A stretch of 63,839 nucleotides of DNA, counting the filler. It is 3 parts of 3 records of this genome, joined end to end, with 100 filler letters (N's around TTAATTAATTAA, not from the genome) between each part and the next. Parts side by side here need not be neighbours in the genome. Positions count along the whole stretch, not along the records: positions 1 to 30,121 come from SRR31156797_9840; 2 more parts are not named here. One strand, written 5' to 3'. A program made the position numbers and the translations under genes. Shown piece after piece: positions 1-12,388 of this stretch. How positions within the stretch are numbered: the first letter of the stretch is position 1; the number at the start of each line of letters is the position of its first letter. A model generated the notes under the pieces. That model saw only the letters and a list, made by a program, of their open reading frames with translations, was not told the origin of the DNA and ran no database searches.

Positions 1-7
1 CCTTCGG

Positions 8-45
8 TGATTAATTCACAAACTTGCAAATTTGTGAATTAATCA
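8..45. repeat. Near-perfect 38-bp palindrome (15-bp arms), possibly the end of a MITE/REP-like element
   Basis: TGATTAATTCACAAA (8-22) is the exact reverse complement of TTTGTGAATTAATCA (31-45); the centre CTTGCAAA is itself nearly palindromic. Confidence 0.8.
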
Positions 46-58
46 GGCTAAGAAATTT

Positions 59-66
59 TAACTTTG
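59..66 (+). promoter_or_regulatory. Bacteroidota sigma-A -7 element upstream of the chitinase
   Basis: TAACTTTG matches TAnnTTTG about 25 nt upstream of the start codon. Confidence 0.5.
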
Positions 67-88
67 ATAGATATTTTTAAAAAGTGAT

Positions 89-1564
89 GTGATGAAAAAT
101 CTTTACCGACTCATCCCGGCCATTTTCCTCATTTCTTTTTTTGGGATAAATTTGAATGCCCAGTCCGAAAAAGAAATTGTGGGCTACTACCCAAACTGGC
201 AGTGGTATGACCGCTCGCAGTTGGTAAATCCTGAGTCGATCTATTATGAAAAATATACGGTAATCAATTATGCATTCTTCAGGCCACTGGCTGATGGAAG
301 CCTGCAGTCCACTGATAGCTGGGCTGATGAAAATCTGCTCCTGGGCCCGATGATCTGGTGGCCTGTACAAACCCACGATTCCACCAAAAGCCTTCCATAT
401 TTATGTGAAGAACATGGTGTAAAATTACTTCCCTCGATTGGTGGCTGGAATGATTCGTACAATTTCCCTGGCATTGCAGCAGATCCTTTAAAACGCCAAA
501 CCTTTTCTGAAGCATGTATAGCGCTCATTGATGCATACGATTTTAACGGCATCGACCTGGATTGGGAATACCCGGGATATGCACCCAATGGAGGCACTCC
601 CGAGGATAAGGAAAACTTCACGCTGCTGGTTCAGGAACTCAGGGATGCATTGGATGATTTAACGAACCAAACCGGTGAGGATTATCTTTTAACTTCATGC
701 TTTGGCGTTTCAGAAGATAAGATGCAATCCATCGAATGGGAAAACATCCTTGAACTGGTGGATATGGTGAATCTGATGACTTATGATTTCCATGGAAGCT
801 GGGACCCTGAAAGCAATCATCACACACCCCTTTTAAGTCCTGAAGTCGGAAATCCGGATTGGTGTTTTCATGGTGCGTTCACAAAACTTACACAGGAATT
901 TGGTGTCCCGCCCCAGATGATAAACATGGGCGTAGCATTTTATGGTAAGGCCCTGGCCAATTGCAACTCGCTATATGGAAGCCATTCAGGTTATGATGGC
1001 GCTACCTTTTGGGAGGATGAAGGACAACCGCTTTACTACAACATCATGAAAAAGATGGACATGTTTGATTATTACTGGGATGGCGCTGTAAAATGCCCTT
1101 ACCTGCTTGGCAATGCCATCAACACATTTGTAACTTTTGATGATCCGCTTTCGATAGCCTGGAAAGCACAATATGTGATGGACCACGATGCCAAAGGTGT
1201 AATCATTTGGGAAATTACCGGCGACTACATGGAAACCGCTCCCGGAAGTGGCCAGATTGCCGGGACGCCATTACTTGACACCCTTCACCAGGTTTTTGGA
1301 TTGGTAACCCAAACATCAAAAAAATCAACAACTGAAACCACATTTAAACTTTACCCAAATCCAGCTCACGATCAGGTTTTCATTTCAACATCAATTAACT
1401 TCACATCCATTACAATAAGGGATATAAAAAACAAGGTCGTTGGATTGCTTCCTTTCACAACACGGCTTAATATTCGATGGCTGGATGAAGGCATTTACTT
1501 GCTGCAACTCAGCAATAATGAATGCACCCAAACCAAAAAACTGATCAAATACCAATTGAAGTAA
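89..1564 (+). CDS. Secreted GH18 chitinase-like glycoside hydrolase with T9SS C-terminal sorting domain
   Basis: Signal peptide; SIGGW motif and catalytic FNGIDLDWEYP (DxDxE); MTYDFHG; C-terminal 'KLYPNPA...GIYLLQL...TKKLIK' CTD. The start may be ATG at 92. Confidence 0.92.
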   Translation: MMKNLYRLIPAIFLISFFGINLNAQSEKEIVGYYPNWQWYDRSQLVNPESIYYEKYTVINYAFFRPLADGSLQSTDSWADENLLLGPMIWWPVQTHDSTKSLPYLCEEHGVKLLPSIGGWNDSYNFPGIAADPLKRQTFSEACIALIDAYDFNGIDLDWEYPGYAPNGGTPEDKENFTLLVQELRDALDDLTNQTGEDYLLTSCFGVSEDKMQSIEWENILELVDMVNLMTYDFHGSWDPESNHHTPLLSPEVGNPDWCFHGAFTKLTQEFGVPPQMINMGVAFYGKALANCNSLYGSHSGYDGATFWEDEGQPLYYNIMKKMDMFDYYWDGAVKCPYLLGNAINTFVTFDDPLSIAWKAQYVMDHDAKGVIIWEITGDYMETAPGSGQIAGTPLLDTLHQVFGLVTQTSKKSTTETTFKLYPNPAHDQVFISTSINFTSITIRDIKNKVVGLLPFTTRLNIRWLDEGIYLLQLSNNECTQTKKLIKYQLK

Positions 1565-1713
1565 TTACAGTATTTAATTACTTTATTTTATATTCACTGT
1601 CTGAGTCTTTCCGGATTTTTTCAGGGGTACATTTCACTGCTTTCATCTTTTAATTCACCTGCAAAAAATTTCATTTCACAAGTATTCCATTGCCTCGTGG
1701 CACCTTCATACCC

Positions 1714-1721
1714 TACATTTG
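1714..1721 (+). promoter_or_regulatory. Bacteroidota -7 promoter element
   Basis: TACATTTG matches TAnnTTTG about 50 nt upstream of ORF 1769. Confidence 0.5.
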
Positions 1722-1768
1722 TATCAACACAATGAAATAAAAACATGTAAACTTAAAAACTTATAGCC

Positions 1769-2149
1769 ATGAAAACAACAGCAATTAAACTCACAGTAAC
1801 TTTGATGATGATCGCAACGGCAGCATTTTCACAACAGAAATCGGATTCGGATGTATATGCCGCTGTTACCCTGGAAGGCAAGGATAAAGTAGAAATAAGG
1901 ATGATGATGCCTGATGATGAAACTGCCGTTTTGAAAGTGTATGACGAAACGCGTAAAAACCTCCTTACCAAACGAATCAGCAACAAGAGTAACCTCCTCA
2001 TTTCTCACATCATTACAGAATTCCCGAGTGGTACCTATACTTACGAAGTTAAAGCAGGTAAGGACCTGATTATGTCAACGGAGATTGTAAAAAAATCGGG
2101 GAAAGATCTTTTCTATAAACCCAACGAAGAATTTGCTGAAGCAAAATAA
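1769..2149 (+). CDS. Small secreted protein with one Ig-like/T9SS-CTD-like beta-sandwich domain
   Basis: Signal peptide MKTTAIK...AFS; 'LKVYD...LL...FPSGTYTYEV' pattern; own promoter element and terminator. Confidence 0.7.
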   Translation: MKTTAIKLTVTLMMIATAAFSQQKSDSDVYAAVTLEGKDKVEIRMMMPDDETAVLKVYDETRKNLLTKRISNKSNLLISHIITEFPSGTYTYEVKAGKDLIMSTEIVKKSGKDLFYKPNEEFAEAK

Positions 2150-2190
2150 ATTCTCATAATACCTATTTTCAATCCGCACACGGTTGAAAT

Positions 2191-2229
2191 AAAAAACCCC
2201 GGCCATTCATTTGACCGGGGTTTCTTTTT
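2191..2229. terminator. Bidirectional intrinsic terminator between ORF 1769 and atpG
   Basis: AAAAAACCCCGG-ccattcatttga-CCGGGGTTTCTTTTT; A-tract and T-tract flank the stem between convergent genes; a second imperfect hairpin lies at about 2164-2191. Confidence 0.85.
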
Positions 2230-2255
2230 GTGAAATATTATTTTTATTTCTAATC

Positions 2256-3146
2256 CTATCCGTTCAGAGCTTCGGCACCACTTACGATTTCCAGAATCTC
2301 GTTGGTAATCGCAGCCTGACGGGCTTTGTTGTAGGATAGTTTAAGATTTTTAAGCAACTCATCAGCATTATCAGTGGCTTTATGCATTGCTGTCATCCTG
2401 GCTCCATGTTCAGATGCAACCGAATCAAGTAAGGCCTTATAAAACTGAATCTTCAATGATTTAGGAATCAACTCCCTGACGATTTCGTCTTTGGATGGCT
2501 CAAAAATAAAATCAGCTTTTGGCTTATCCTTGCCTTTATTGGTACCTGCCTGCGGTGGAGCTATTGGGAGGAAAGTTTCAGTTTGAAGAATTTGTACAGC
2601 AGCATTTTTGAACTGGTTGTAAATAATTTCCACCCTGTCGTACTTATTGTTGGCAAAATCTTTCATGATGCCTTCAACCATGGGCAGCATCTCTTCAAAT
2701 GAGAGGTTATCCAGTAATTCATCATTACGGTAATCTACCTTTACTTTCCTGGCTTTCAGGAAATCAAATATCTTTTTTCCAATGGTGTAAATCTCGACAT
2801 TTCCCTGCTCATACTGAGCTTGAAAAGTTTCATTAATCCTCCCAAGAAGGGTTTTGGCAACATTGGCGTTAAAAGGGCCACAAAGCCCCCGGTTGGAAGC
2901 AATGGCTATAATCAGGATTCTTTCTTCATCACGTTTCTGCGTGTATGCACTCTCGGTTGTTTCCTCCATCACCGAACTGATGTTCTGCATGATCTCACTG
3001 AGTTTTGAAGCATATGGCCTCATGTTGAGGATGGCATTCTGGGCTTTCCTCAGCTTGGAGGCCGAAACCATCTTCATGGCACTGGTGATCTGCTTGGTGG
3101 ATTTTACCGAGTCAATTCTTATCCGTACTTCCTTTAAGCTTGGCAT
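2256..3146 (-). CDS. atpG: F1Fo ATP synthase gamma subunit
   Basis: ITSAMKMVSASKL, RGLCGPFN, SEHGARMTAM and RQAAITNEILEI motifs. Confidence 0.98.
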   Translation of the reverse strand: MPSLKEVRIRIDSVKSTKQITSAMKMVSASKLRKAQNAILNMRPYASKLSEIMQNISSVMEETTESAYTQKRDEERILIIAIASNRGLCGPFNANVAKTLLGRINETFQAQYEQGNVEIYTIGKKIFDFLKARKVKVDYRNDELLDNLSFEEMLPMVEGIMKDFANNKYDRVEIIYNQFKNAAVQILQTETFLPIAPPQAGTNKGKDKPKADFIFEPSKDEIVRELIPKSLKIQFYKALLDSVASEHGARMTAMHKATDNADELLKNLKLSYNKARQAAITNEILEIVSGAEALNG

Positions 3147-3192
3147 ATCGTTTTACTGGAAATTATAAAATCTAAACTTGGAGTGTTCCATA

Positions 3193-4779
3193 TTATTTCT
3201 TCTCGTATTTAGCTCCAATTTCACGAGCCACTTTTTCGAGGGTTTTCACATCCTCATCGAGTAATTTTCCAGACTGAAGATTTTTCAGCAAATCATCGTG
3301 ATTCACCTCCAGGAAATGCAGGAATTCTATCTCGAAATCCTTAATGCTGTTCAATGGCACCTTTCTCAACAAACCCCGGGTACCACAATAAATAATGGCA
3401 ACTTGTTTTTCAACCGTCATTGGCGCATATTGAGCCTGTTTCAGTATCTCCACATTGCGGCGCCCTTTTTCAAGTACGCTCATTGTTGCAGCATCCAGAT
3501 CGGAGCCAAACTTGGAAAAAGCTTCCAACTCGCGAAACTGGGCCTGGTCAAGTTTTAGCGTACCAGCCACCTTTTTCATCGACTTGATCTGTGCATTACC
3601 TCCAACACGGGAAACCGATATACCCACATTAATCGCAGGACGGATACCTGCATTAAACAAGTTCGACTCTAGGAATATCTGTCCGTCGGTAATAGAAATT
3701 ACGTTTGTAGGAATGTATGCTGATACGTCACCGGCCTGTGTTTCGATAATTGGCAGCGCAGTCAGCGATCCGCCACCCTTCACCATTGGTTTAAGGCTCG
3801 GTGGCAGGTCGTTCATATTTTTCGCAATTTCATCGGATTCGATAACTTTTGCTGCACGTTCCAGTAGCCTTGAGTGGAGGTAGAAAACGTCGCCCGGATA
3901 AGCCTCACGTCCTGGTGGACGGCGGAGCAACAGTGAAACCTCACGATAAGCAACAGCCTGCTTTGAAAGGTCATCAAAAACAACCAATGCAGGACGGCCG
4001 GTATCTCTGAAATACTCACCGATTGCAGCACCGGCAAAAGGTGCGTAAAACTGCATGGCAGCAGGATCGGAGGCAGAAGCTGAAACAACCACTGTGTATG
4101 GAAGAGCTCCGTTATCATCAAGCGTTTTAACAATATTGGCAACTGTTGATCCTTTTTGCCCGGAGGCAACATAAATACAATAAACCGGCTCACCTTTCTC
4201 GTAAAATTCTTTTTGGTTGATGATGGTATCAATAGCAATGGCCGTTTTACCGGTCTGGCGGTCACCAATGATCAACTCACGCTGGCCCCGGCCGATCGGG
4301 ATCATGGCATCTATGGATTTAATACCTGTTTGAAGGGGCTCGTTTACCGGCTGACGATAGATAACACCGGGGGCCTTACGTTCAAGGGGCAACTCCACAG
4401 TATCGCCTTTAATTTCACCTTTGCCATCAATGGGCTGGCCGATGGTATTGATCACCCTTCCGAGCATGCCTTCGCCAACGTTGATGGAAGCAATATGGCC
4501 TGTTCGTTTTACAGTATCACCTTCTTTAACATCTTTAATTTCTCCCAGCAACACAACACCCACGTTGTCCTGCTCAAGGTTAAGCACGATGCCGCGAAGG
4601 TCGCCTTTTTCAAACTCAACAAGTTCGCCCGATTCGGCATTGGTCAGCCCGTAAATCCTGGCAATACCATCACCAATCTGCAGCACCGTACCGATTTCTT
4701 CAAGTTCTGACTTGGTTTTGAAACCGGCCAACTCCTGGCGTAAAATTTCCGATACTTCGGCGGGTTTAATCTGTGACAT
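3193..4779 (-). CDS. atpA: F1Fo ATP synthase alpha subunit
   Basis: GDRQTGKT Walker [22 protein letters not shown]. Confidence 0.99.
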   Translation of the reverse strand: MSQIKPAEVSEILRQELAGFKTKSELEEIGTVLQIGDGIARIYGLTNAESGELVEFEKGDLRGIVLNLEQDNVGVVLLGEIKDVKEGDTVKRTGHIASINVGEGMLGRVINTIGQPIDGKGEIKGDTVELPLERKAPGVIYRQPVNEPLQTGIKSIDAMIPIGRGQRELIIGDRQTGKTAIAIDTIINQKEFYEKGEPVYCIYVASGQKGSTVANIVKTLDDNGALPYTVVVSASASDPAAMQFYAPFAGAAIGEYFRDTGRPALVVFDDLSKQAVAYREVSLLLRRPPGREAYPGDVFYLHSRLLERAAKVIESDEIAKNMNDLPPSLKPMVKGGGSLTALPIIETQAGDVSAYIPTNVISITDGQIFLESNLFNAGIRPAINVGISVSRVGGNAQIKSMKKVAGTLKLDQAQFRELEAFSKFGSDLDAATMSVLEKGRRNVEILKQAQYAPMTVEKQVAIIYCGTRGLLRKVPLNSIKDFEIEFLHFLEVNHDDLLKNLQSGKLLDEDVKTLEKVAREIGAKYEKK

Positions 4780-4833
4780 ATCTGTTTTTATTTTAAGACA
4801 ATCTGGTAATCAAAAAAAAATATCTGCTCTAAT

Positions 4834-5391
4834 TTAAAATTCCCTTACATACAAGTTCTTGTCAAACGATTTTCTTAGTCTTGCCAGTTGATGCTTAACA
4901 CTGGCATCATACTTTTTATCGTCCATGGTAAGTACAAAACCTCCCAGTAAATCTTTGTCAGTTTCTTCAATCAATTCAATTTTTTTGTGGGTTGCCTCCA
5001 CCAGAACCTTCACCAACTCCTTTTTGGATTGTTCATCCAATGGTTGGGATGAAGAAAGTTTGATGGTTAATATGTTTTTGTACTTTTTATAAAGTTTGGT
5101 AAATGCCAGGCAAATATCCTGTAGAAAAACCTCACGTTCCTTCCTCACAAGCAATTGCAAAAACTTAAAAGTCAACACATCGAGATTCTTTTTAAAAATT
5201 GCGGAAATAATATCGTTTTTCTTGCCAGGTGGGATAATCGGACTCTTCAACAAACGCTTAAATTCAGGATTTTGGATGGTAACAGCACAAACGACATCCA
5301 TATCCTTATTCACCTGTTCAAGAATTTTCATTTCGATGGCCAGGTCGAAAAGCGCTTTGGCATAACGTTGTGATATGATGGTTGTATCCAT
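4834..5391 (-). CDS. atpH: F1Fo ATP synthase delta subunit
   Basis: RYAKALF at the N-terminus; LLGGF...YDASV at the C-terminus; operon position. Confidence 0.95.
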   Translation of the reverse strand: MDTTIISQRYAKALFDLAIEMKILEQVNKDMDVVCAVTIQNPEFKRLLKSPIIPPGKKNDIISAIFKKNLDVLTFKFLQLLVRKEREVFLQDICLAFTKLYKKYKNILTIKLSSSQPLDEQSKKELVKVLVEATHKKIELIEETDKDLLGGFVLTMDDKKYDASVKHQLARLRKSFDKNLYVREF

Positions 5392-5405
5392 AATGACAAT
5401 CTCAA

Positions 5406-5900
5406 TTAGTTGAGGTTGGCTTTTTTGATGAGCGAATCAACGTAGTCTTTTTGTTTATGCTTATCATCCAGCTCGCGATCCAGCACTTTTTCAGCAATTT
5501 CGATGGAAAGGCTTGCAATCTGGTTTTTCAGGTCTACCATCGCAGCCATTTTTTCATTTTCGATGGATTCGCGGGCACTTTCGATTATCCTGTTGGCTTC
5601 TTCATTGGCTTTGAGGCGGGCATCAACAATCAGCTTTTCCTTAACCTCACGGGCCTGTTTCAACAATGCATCGCGTTCCTCTTTCGCTTCGGCCATCAAT
5701 TGCTCGTTGGAAAACTTCAATTCCTTCATTTCCTGGCGAGCCTTATCAGCTTCGTGAAGCGCTTTATCAATATTTTCTTCACGCTCCCTGAGTGAAGAAA
5801 GGATTGGCTTCCAGGCATATTTTGCCAATACCCACAGAACGATCCCAAAAGCAAGGGTCATCCAAAAAATTAAGCCAATTCCGGGATTTACAAGTTCCAT
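5406..5900 (-). CDS. atpF: Fo subunit b
   Basis: N-terminal TM segment (GLIFWMTLAF...AWKPIL) followed by a coiled coil; AEKVL motif. Confidence 0.96.
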   Translation of the reverse strand: MELVNPGIGLIFWMTLAFGIVLWVLAKYAWKPILSSLREREENIDKALHEADKARQEMKELKFSNEQLMAEAKEERDALLKQAREVKEKLIVDARLKANEEANRIIESARESIENEKMAAMVDLKNQIASLSIEIAEKVLDRELDDKHKQKDYVDSLIKKANLN

Positions 5901-5933
5901 AATTAAAAATTTAATACCGTTTCAATCAATACT

Positions 5934-5980
5934 AAAAAATCCCGGATTCCGGCCAAACGCCGGAACCGGGACCATTTTTT
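5934..5980 (-). terminator. Intra-operon GC-rich stem-loop with U-tract downstream of atpE
   Basis: Minus strand reads CCCGGTTCCGGC-GTTTG-GCCGGAATCCGGG-ATTTTTT. Confidence 0.65.
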
Positions 5981-5981
5981 C

Positions 5982-6254
<273 letters not shown>

Positions 6255-6305
6255 TTAAAATTTGAAATATTGATGATTCGTTTGTTGATACTAATTTTCT
6301 ATTAT

Positions 6306-7487
6306 TTAATGATGCTCTTCGGTAGCCATTCCGAAATACAATGCCGATAACAGGGTAAAGACATATGCCTGGATAAAAGCCACCAGCAATTCCAATAGGT
6401 TCATAAAAATGGCAAATGCAATGGAAACAACCGAGACTCCAAACCCCAGTCCGGCATGCAATTCACCAAAAATAAAGATCAGACTGATAAATCCAAGCAC
6501 AATGATGTGACCGGCTGTTATGTTGGCAAAGAGACGTACCATCAGCACAAATGGTTTTGTAAACAAACCAATTAGCTCAACAACCGGCATAAGTGGAATG
6601 GGAATCTTAAGCCACCATGGCACACCTGGTGTATTAACAATGTGCATCCAGTATGCTTTGTTTCCGCTAAATGTGGTGATTACAAAGGTAAATAGTGCCA
6701 AAACCATGGTGACTGCAATATTCCCGGTTACGTTTGCTCCACCCGGAAAAATAGGAACCAGCCCCAGGAGGTTGTTCAGGAAAATGAAAAAGAAAAGCGT
6801 GAGAAGATAAGGCATGTACTTTTCATATTTTTTCTCACCGATGGAAGCTTTGGCGATGTCGTCGCGGATAAACAGAATCAATGGCTCTAATAAGGACTGA
6901 AGGCCTTTTGGTGCTTCACCCCTGCGGCGACGATATGACTTTGCAATCGATATAAAAATCCAGCTCATCAGGATCATGCTGATAAAAATAGCCAGCACAT
7001 TTTTCGTAATCGAAAAATCGAGGGGTAGTTCCTGATCAGGATCATGTACAATCACATGGTCAACCAAAAACCGATCCTGCAGTGTTCTTACAATTTTCCC
7101 TTTGTGTTCACCTTCGTGGGCCATCCCAAATCCATTATAATCATCATGTCCGTGGTGAAATTTGCTGGACATAAAAACATGAAGGTTTCCATCATGCCAA
7201 AGAATAACGGGCAATGGGACTGTTAAATGAAAATCACCATAGGAAAGAATATGCCATTCGTGGGCGTCAATAATATGTTCCACGATCATTTGGCCGGCCT
7301 TAAATTCTTCTTCTGCCACTTCCTCTTCCCAGGGTTCTCCGTGGCCTTTATCGTGCTTTTCAGGATGCTCCGGATTAATGGCCATGACCTGCATCACCAG
7401 GAATATGGTAATGGCCGAGAAAAGAAAAATATTTCTGAAAATACCCGATTTATTCTTTAAAGGCTTCTTCATGTTTTTCGTTTCCAA
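6306..7487 (-). CDS. atpB: Fo subunit a with long Bacteroidota-type N-terminal extension
   Basis: VRLFANITAGH and FIQAYVFTLLS motifs; His/Glu-rich N-terminal segment. Confidence 0.96.
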   Translation of the reverse strand: METKNMKKPLKNKSGIFRNIFLFSAITIFLVMQVMAINPEHPEKHDKGHGEPWEEEVAEEEFKAGQMIVEHIIDAHEWHILSYGDFHLTVPLPVILWHDGNLHVFMSSKFHHGHDDYNGFGMAHEGEHKGKIVRTLQDRFLVDHVIVHDPDQELPLDFSITKNVLAIFISMILMSWIFISIAKSYRRRRGEAPKGLQSLLEPLILFIRDDIAKASIGEKKYEKYMPYLLTLFFFIFLNNLLGLVPIFPGGANVTGNIAVTMVLALFTFVITTFSGNKAYWMHIVNTPGVPWWLKIPIPLMPVVELIGLFTKPFVLMVRLFANITAGHIIVLGFISLIFIFGELHAGLGFGVSVVSIAFAIFMNLLELLVAFIQAYVFTLLSALYFGMATEEHH

Positions 7488-7491
7488 ATGT

Positions 7492-7728
7492 TTATTCTGC
7501 CAGCACCAGCATTTTGTTATTCAATACTTCTACAACGCCTCCCTTAATGGGAAATGATTCTTCAGAATCATCCTCAAATTTAAGCCTGATACTCCCGGCT
7601 TTTAACGCCGAAATCATTGGGGCATGGTTATTGAGAATTTCGAATGAACCGTCAAGTCCAGGAAACTGAGCCAGTTTGGCATCACCTGAATACAATTCTT
7701 TATCTGGTGTTATGATCTGTATTTTCAT
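7492..7728 (-). CDS. atpC: F1 epsilon subunit (short form, beta-sandwich only)
   Basis: IITPD...G.FEILNNHAP.IS.L..G...GGVVEV; ends without the C-terminal helices. Confidence 0.93.
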   Translation of the reverse strand: MKIQIITPDKELYSGDAKLAQFPGLDGSFEILNNHAPMISALKAGSIRLKFEDDSEESFPIKGGVVEVLNNKMLVLAE

Positions 7729-7748
7729 GGAATATTAAAGCCGGCGTT

Positions 7749-9332
<1,584 letters not shown>

Positions 9333-9444
9333 TTAACATTTTTTTTTAAAAATCTGTAAACAGCCTGTAACAATTACTAATAGCTGTATTTTAACCAATT
9401 AGCCTAATAAATGGATTAATTTTATTATCTACATGTTTTTTTCC

Positions 9445-9452
9445 TATTTTTG
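9445..9452 (+). promoter_or_regulatory. -7 element upstream of the FIST gene
   Basis: TATTTTTG matches TAnnTTTG. Confidence 0.5.
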
Positions 9453-9497
9453 ATACCGGAAAGCAGAAAAACATACGGGTAAGACAAAAGAAACATT

Positions 9498-10640
9498 ATG
9501 AAAACATACCAGGTATCGTATACCTCAGCCACAGAGAGTGAAGCATTTAAACCAAACCAAATTCCGTTTCAACCAAACATGATTTTAATTTTTGGCAGTC
9601 GCCAGGGACTTACCGATTCACCCCTGCTAAAGCATGTTAGAGAAGCCTTTCCCGGTGCTATCTTAACGGGTTGTTCCACCAGTGGTGAGATTTCAGGAAC
9701 AAACGTTGATGATCATTCACTCACCATGACAGCGGTAGAATTTGAAAAAACCGACATACGATATCATGAAGCTGATATAAAAGATTATAAGAATGGGGTA
9801 GAATCTGGCAAATCTTTGGCAACCCAATTCAAAAAGAAAGGGCTCCGGCATGTATTCGTACTCTCGGAGGGGTTGCATGTAAATGGTACAGAACTGGTTA
9901 ACGGGCTGCGCGCCATTCTTGGGGAAGGCGTGGCCGTTACAGGCGGACTGGCCGGAGACGGCCCCGATTTTAATAAAACAGTTATCGTTTCGAATAGCGG
10001 CAAGGCAAAGGATAACATTATTACCGCCATTGGTTTTTATGGCGACAGTATAAAAATCGGGTGCGGATCATTTGGGGGATGGGACAGCTTTGGCGTAGAG
10101 CGGTATGTATCCAAATCAACAGGAAATGTGGTTTATGAAATTGATAACACCCCTGCACTCGAATTATACAAATCCTTCCTGGGTGACAAGGCCAGCGAAT
10201 TGCCCGCCTCAGGGCTCCTTTTCCCATTGAACATGCGTACCGAGGCCGAAGGCGACCCTGTAGTGAGGACCATCCTTGCTGTTGATGAGGAAAATCAAAG
10301 CCTGACTTTTGCAGGCGATATTCCTGAAGGATCATATATCAGGCTGATGAAAGCCAACATTGATCGATTGATATCAGGGGCCGAAAAGGCAGCGCAGATC
10401 AGTATCGACCCACTTAAAAACAGCAATCCTGACCTCGCTATCCTGATCAGTTGCGTTGGCAGAAAGCTGGTTTTAAAACAACTTGTAGAGGAGGAGGTGG
10501 AAGCAGTTCAGGATATTGTAGGTAAAAACACCACCCTTACCGGGTTTTACAGTTATGGCGAAATAGCACCCTTTTTAAAAGGAACACCCTGCGAGTTGCA
10601 TAATCAAACCATGACAATCACCACTTTCTCGGAAAACTAA
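9498..10640 (+). CDS. FIST-domain (NosP-like) sensory protein
   Basis: GCSTSGEI, GGLAGDG, SCVGR and GFYSYGEI...HNQTMT motifs of FIST_N and FIST_C. Confidence 0.93.
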   Translation: MKTYQVSYTSATESEAFKPNQIPFQPNMILIFGSRQGLTDSPLLKHVREAFPGAILTGCSTSGEISGTNVDDHSLTMTAVEFEKTDIRYHEADIKDYKNGVESGKSLATQFKKKGLRHVFVLSEGLHVNGTELVNGLRAILGEGVAVTGGLAGDGPDFNKTVIVSNSGKAKDNIITAIGFYGDSIKIGCGSFGGWDSFGVERYVSKSTGNVVYEIDNTPALELYKSFLGDKASELPASGLLFPLNMRTEAEGDPVVRTILAVDEENQSLTFAGDIPEGSYIRLMKANIDRLISGAEKAAQISIDPLKNSNPDLAILISCVGRKLVLKQLVEEEVEAVQDIVGKNTTLTGFYSYGEIAPFLKGTPCELHNQTMTITTFSEN

Positions 10641-10657
10641 CACACCAATTTACTTTC

Positions 10658-11896
10658 ATGCACAGACTCCTGAAAAGACAGATCAAAAGATTTCTACCCC
10701 ATGTTGACATCGAAAAACAGGGGTTACAGGAATTTATCAATGGAGTAAACATTGCCTATAAAAATTACGACACCGATTATCAGCAGTTGGAACGAACATT
10801 GGAGATCAGCTCCAAAGAATCATTTAAAGAACTCTCGGATTTTAAATTCGCCATCAGTACTACCCTCATGGTGGTCATTACCGATTCGAAAGGAAAAATA
10901 TCTTTTGTAAACGAAAACTTTTTAAATGCATCCGGCTATGCTGAAAATGAATTGCTGGGTCGGGATTACCGTGATCTAAACTCCCACTATCATACAGATG
11001 CTTTTTATGATGAAATGTTCGATACCATCACTTCGGGAAAAGTATGGAAAGGCGAAGTGAGAGATGTAAGCAAAAACGGAAAACATTATTGGGTAGACAC
11101 AACCATTGTGCCCATGCTCAACAAACTGGGCAAACCTTACCGCTATATTTCATTTAAGATCGATATCTCGAAAATTAAAAACGCGGAAATAGAGATCAGG
11201 CAACATGCGGATAACCTGGAACGGATCAACAAAGAACTGGACCAGTTTGCCTATGTAGTTTCGCACGACCTGAAAGCACCACTCCGGGCCATCAATAACC
11301 TGTCGGAGTGGATTGAGGAGGATATAACTAAAATTGTGGATACAGACACAAAAGAAAATTTAAAACTGCTCAGAGGCAGGGTTAAACGTATGGAAGGGCT
11401 CATCAACGGGATATTAGAATATTCGCGTGCCGGCAGAATTAAAAACAACAATACGCTTGTTGATCTTAAACAAATGGCCATCGATATTACTTCGGCAACA
11501 AATACCCGCCCAAATGTAAAGTTTGTTATCCCGGATGAGATGCCAAAAATCATCACCGAACGTTTGGCACTGGAACAAATATTAGCTAACTTTATCAGCA
11601 ATGCCGTTAAGTACAATGATTCGGAAAATCCGGTGGTGGAGATCGGATTTAAGGACCTGGACACAGAGTGGGAGTTTAGTGTAAAGGATAATGGCCCGGG
11701 AATACCGGAAAAATATCACGATAAAATCTTTGTCATATTTCAAACCCTGCAGGCAAGGGATCGAGTAGAAAGTACAGGCGTTGGCCTGGCCATCGTAAAA
11801 AAACTGATCGAAGACAAGGGGGGTAAAATCAATCTGGATTCTGAATTCGGAAAAGGCAGTACTTTTTCATTTACCTGGCCAAAGGATTGGTTGTAA
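10658..11896 (+). CDS. Cytoplasmic PAS sensor histidine kinase
   Basis: PAS/PAC (W.GE....K.G..YWV); H-box SHDLKAPLRAI; N-box NAVKY; DNGPGI; STGVGLAIV. Confidence 0.93.
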   Translation: MHRLLKRQIKRFLPHVDIEKQGLQEFINGVNIAYKNYDTDYQQLERTLEISSKESFKELSDFKFAISTTLMVVITDSKGKISFVNENFLNASGYAENELLGRDYRDLNSHYHTDAFYDEMFDTITSGKVWKGEVRDVSKNGKHYWVDTTIVPMLNKLGKPYRYISFKIDISKIKNAEIEIRQHADNLERINKELDQFAYVVSHDLKAPLRAINNLSEWIEEDITKIVDTDTKENLKLLRGRVKRMEGLINGILEYSRAGRIKNNNTLVDLKQMAIDITSATNTRPNVKFVIPDEMPKIITERLALEQILANFISNAVKYNDSENPVVEIGFKDLDTEWEFSVKDNGPGIPEKYHDKIFVIFQTLQARDRVESTGVGLAIVKKLIEDKGGKINLDSEFGKGSTFSFTWPKDWL

Positions 11897-11936
11897 ATAA
11901 TTTTTTTGAAAACAAGATGATAATCCTGAAATAATT

Positions 11937-12374
11937 ATGGACTACAAAGCAGTGAATATTTTATTGGTTGAAGATGATATGGTGGATGTGATGAACGTGA
12001 AACGGGCCTTCAAAAAAAATAACATCAACAATCCATTGTATGTAGCAGAAAATGGCGTTGAGGCGCTTGAAATGTTACATGGCGAAAACGGAAAAACAAA
12101 AATAAACCCACCTCCAAAAATTATACTGCTCGACCTGAACATGCCCAAAATGGGGGGCATCGAATTCCTGAAAAAAATAAGGGAGGATGAAAAATTAAAA
12201 AATATTTCGGTTTTCGTAATGACCACATCTAATGAGGATAACGACAAAGTGGAAGCATACAGGCTGAACGTGGCCGGCTACATTTTAAAGCCCCTTTCGA
12301 TGGAAAGTTTTGTGAATGCAGTGTCTACACTTCACAATTACTGGATGCTTTGTGAATATCCTGACAACAAATAA
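11937..12374 (+). CDS. Single-domain response regulator (Rcp1-like)
   Basis: ILLVEDD, LLDLNMPKMGG, TTS and YILKP. Confidence 0.95.
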   Translation: MDYKAVNILLVEDDMVDVMNVKRAFKKNNINNPLYVAENGVEALEMLHGENGKTKINPPPKIILLDLNMPKMGGIEFLKKIREDEKLKNISVFVMTTSNEDNDKVEAYRLNVAGYILKPLSMESFVNAVSTLHNYWMLCEYPDNK

Positions 12375-12388
12375 AATCACATAATAAT

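Noticed and set aside
7492-7728. atpC as a truncated pseudogene
   Set aside because: Short epsilon subunits lacking the C-terminal helices are normal in Bacteroidota; the ORF is intact and closely followed by atpB.
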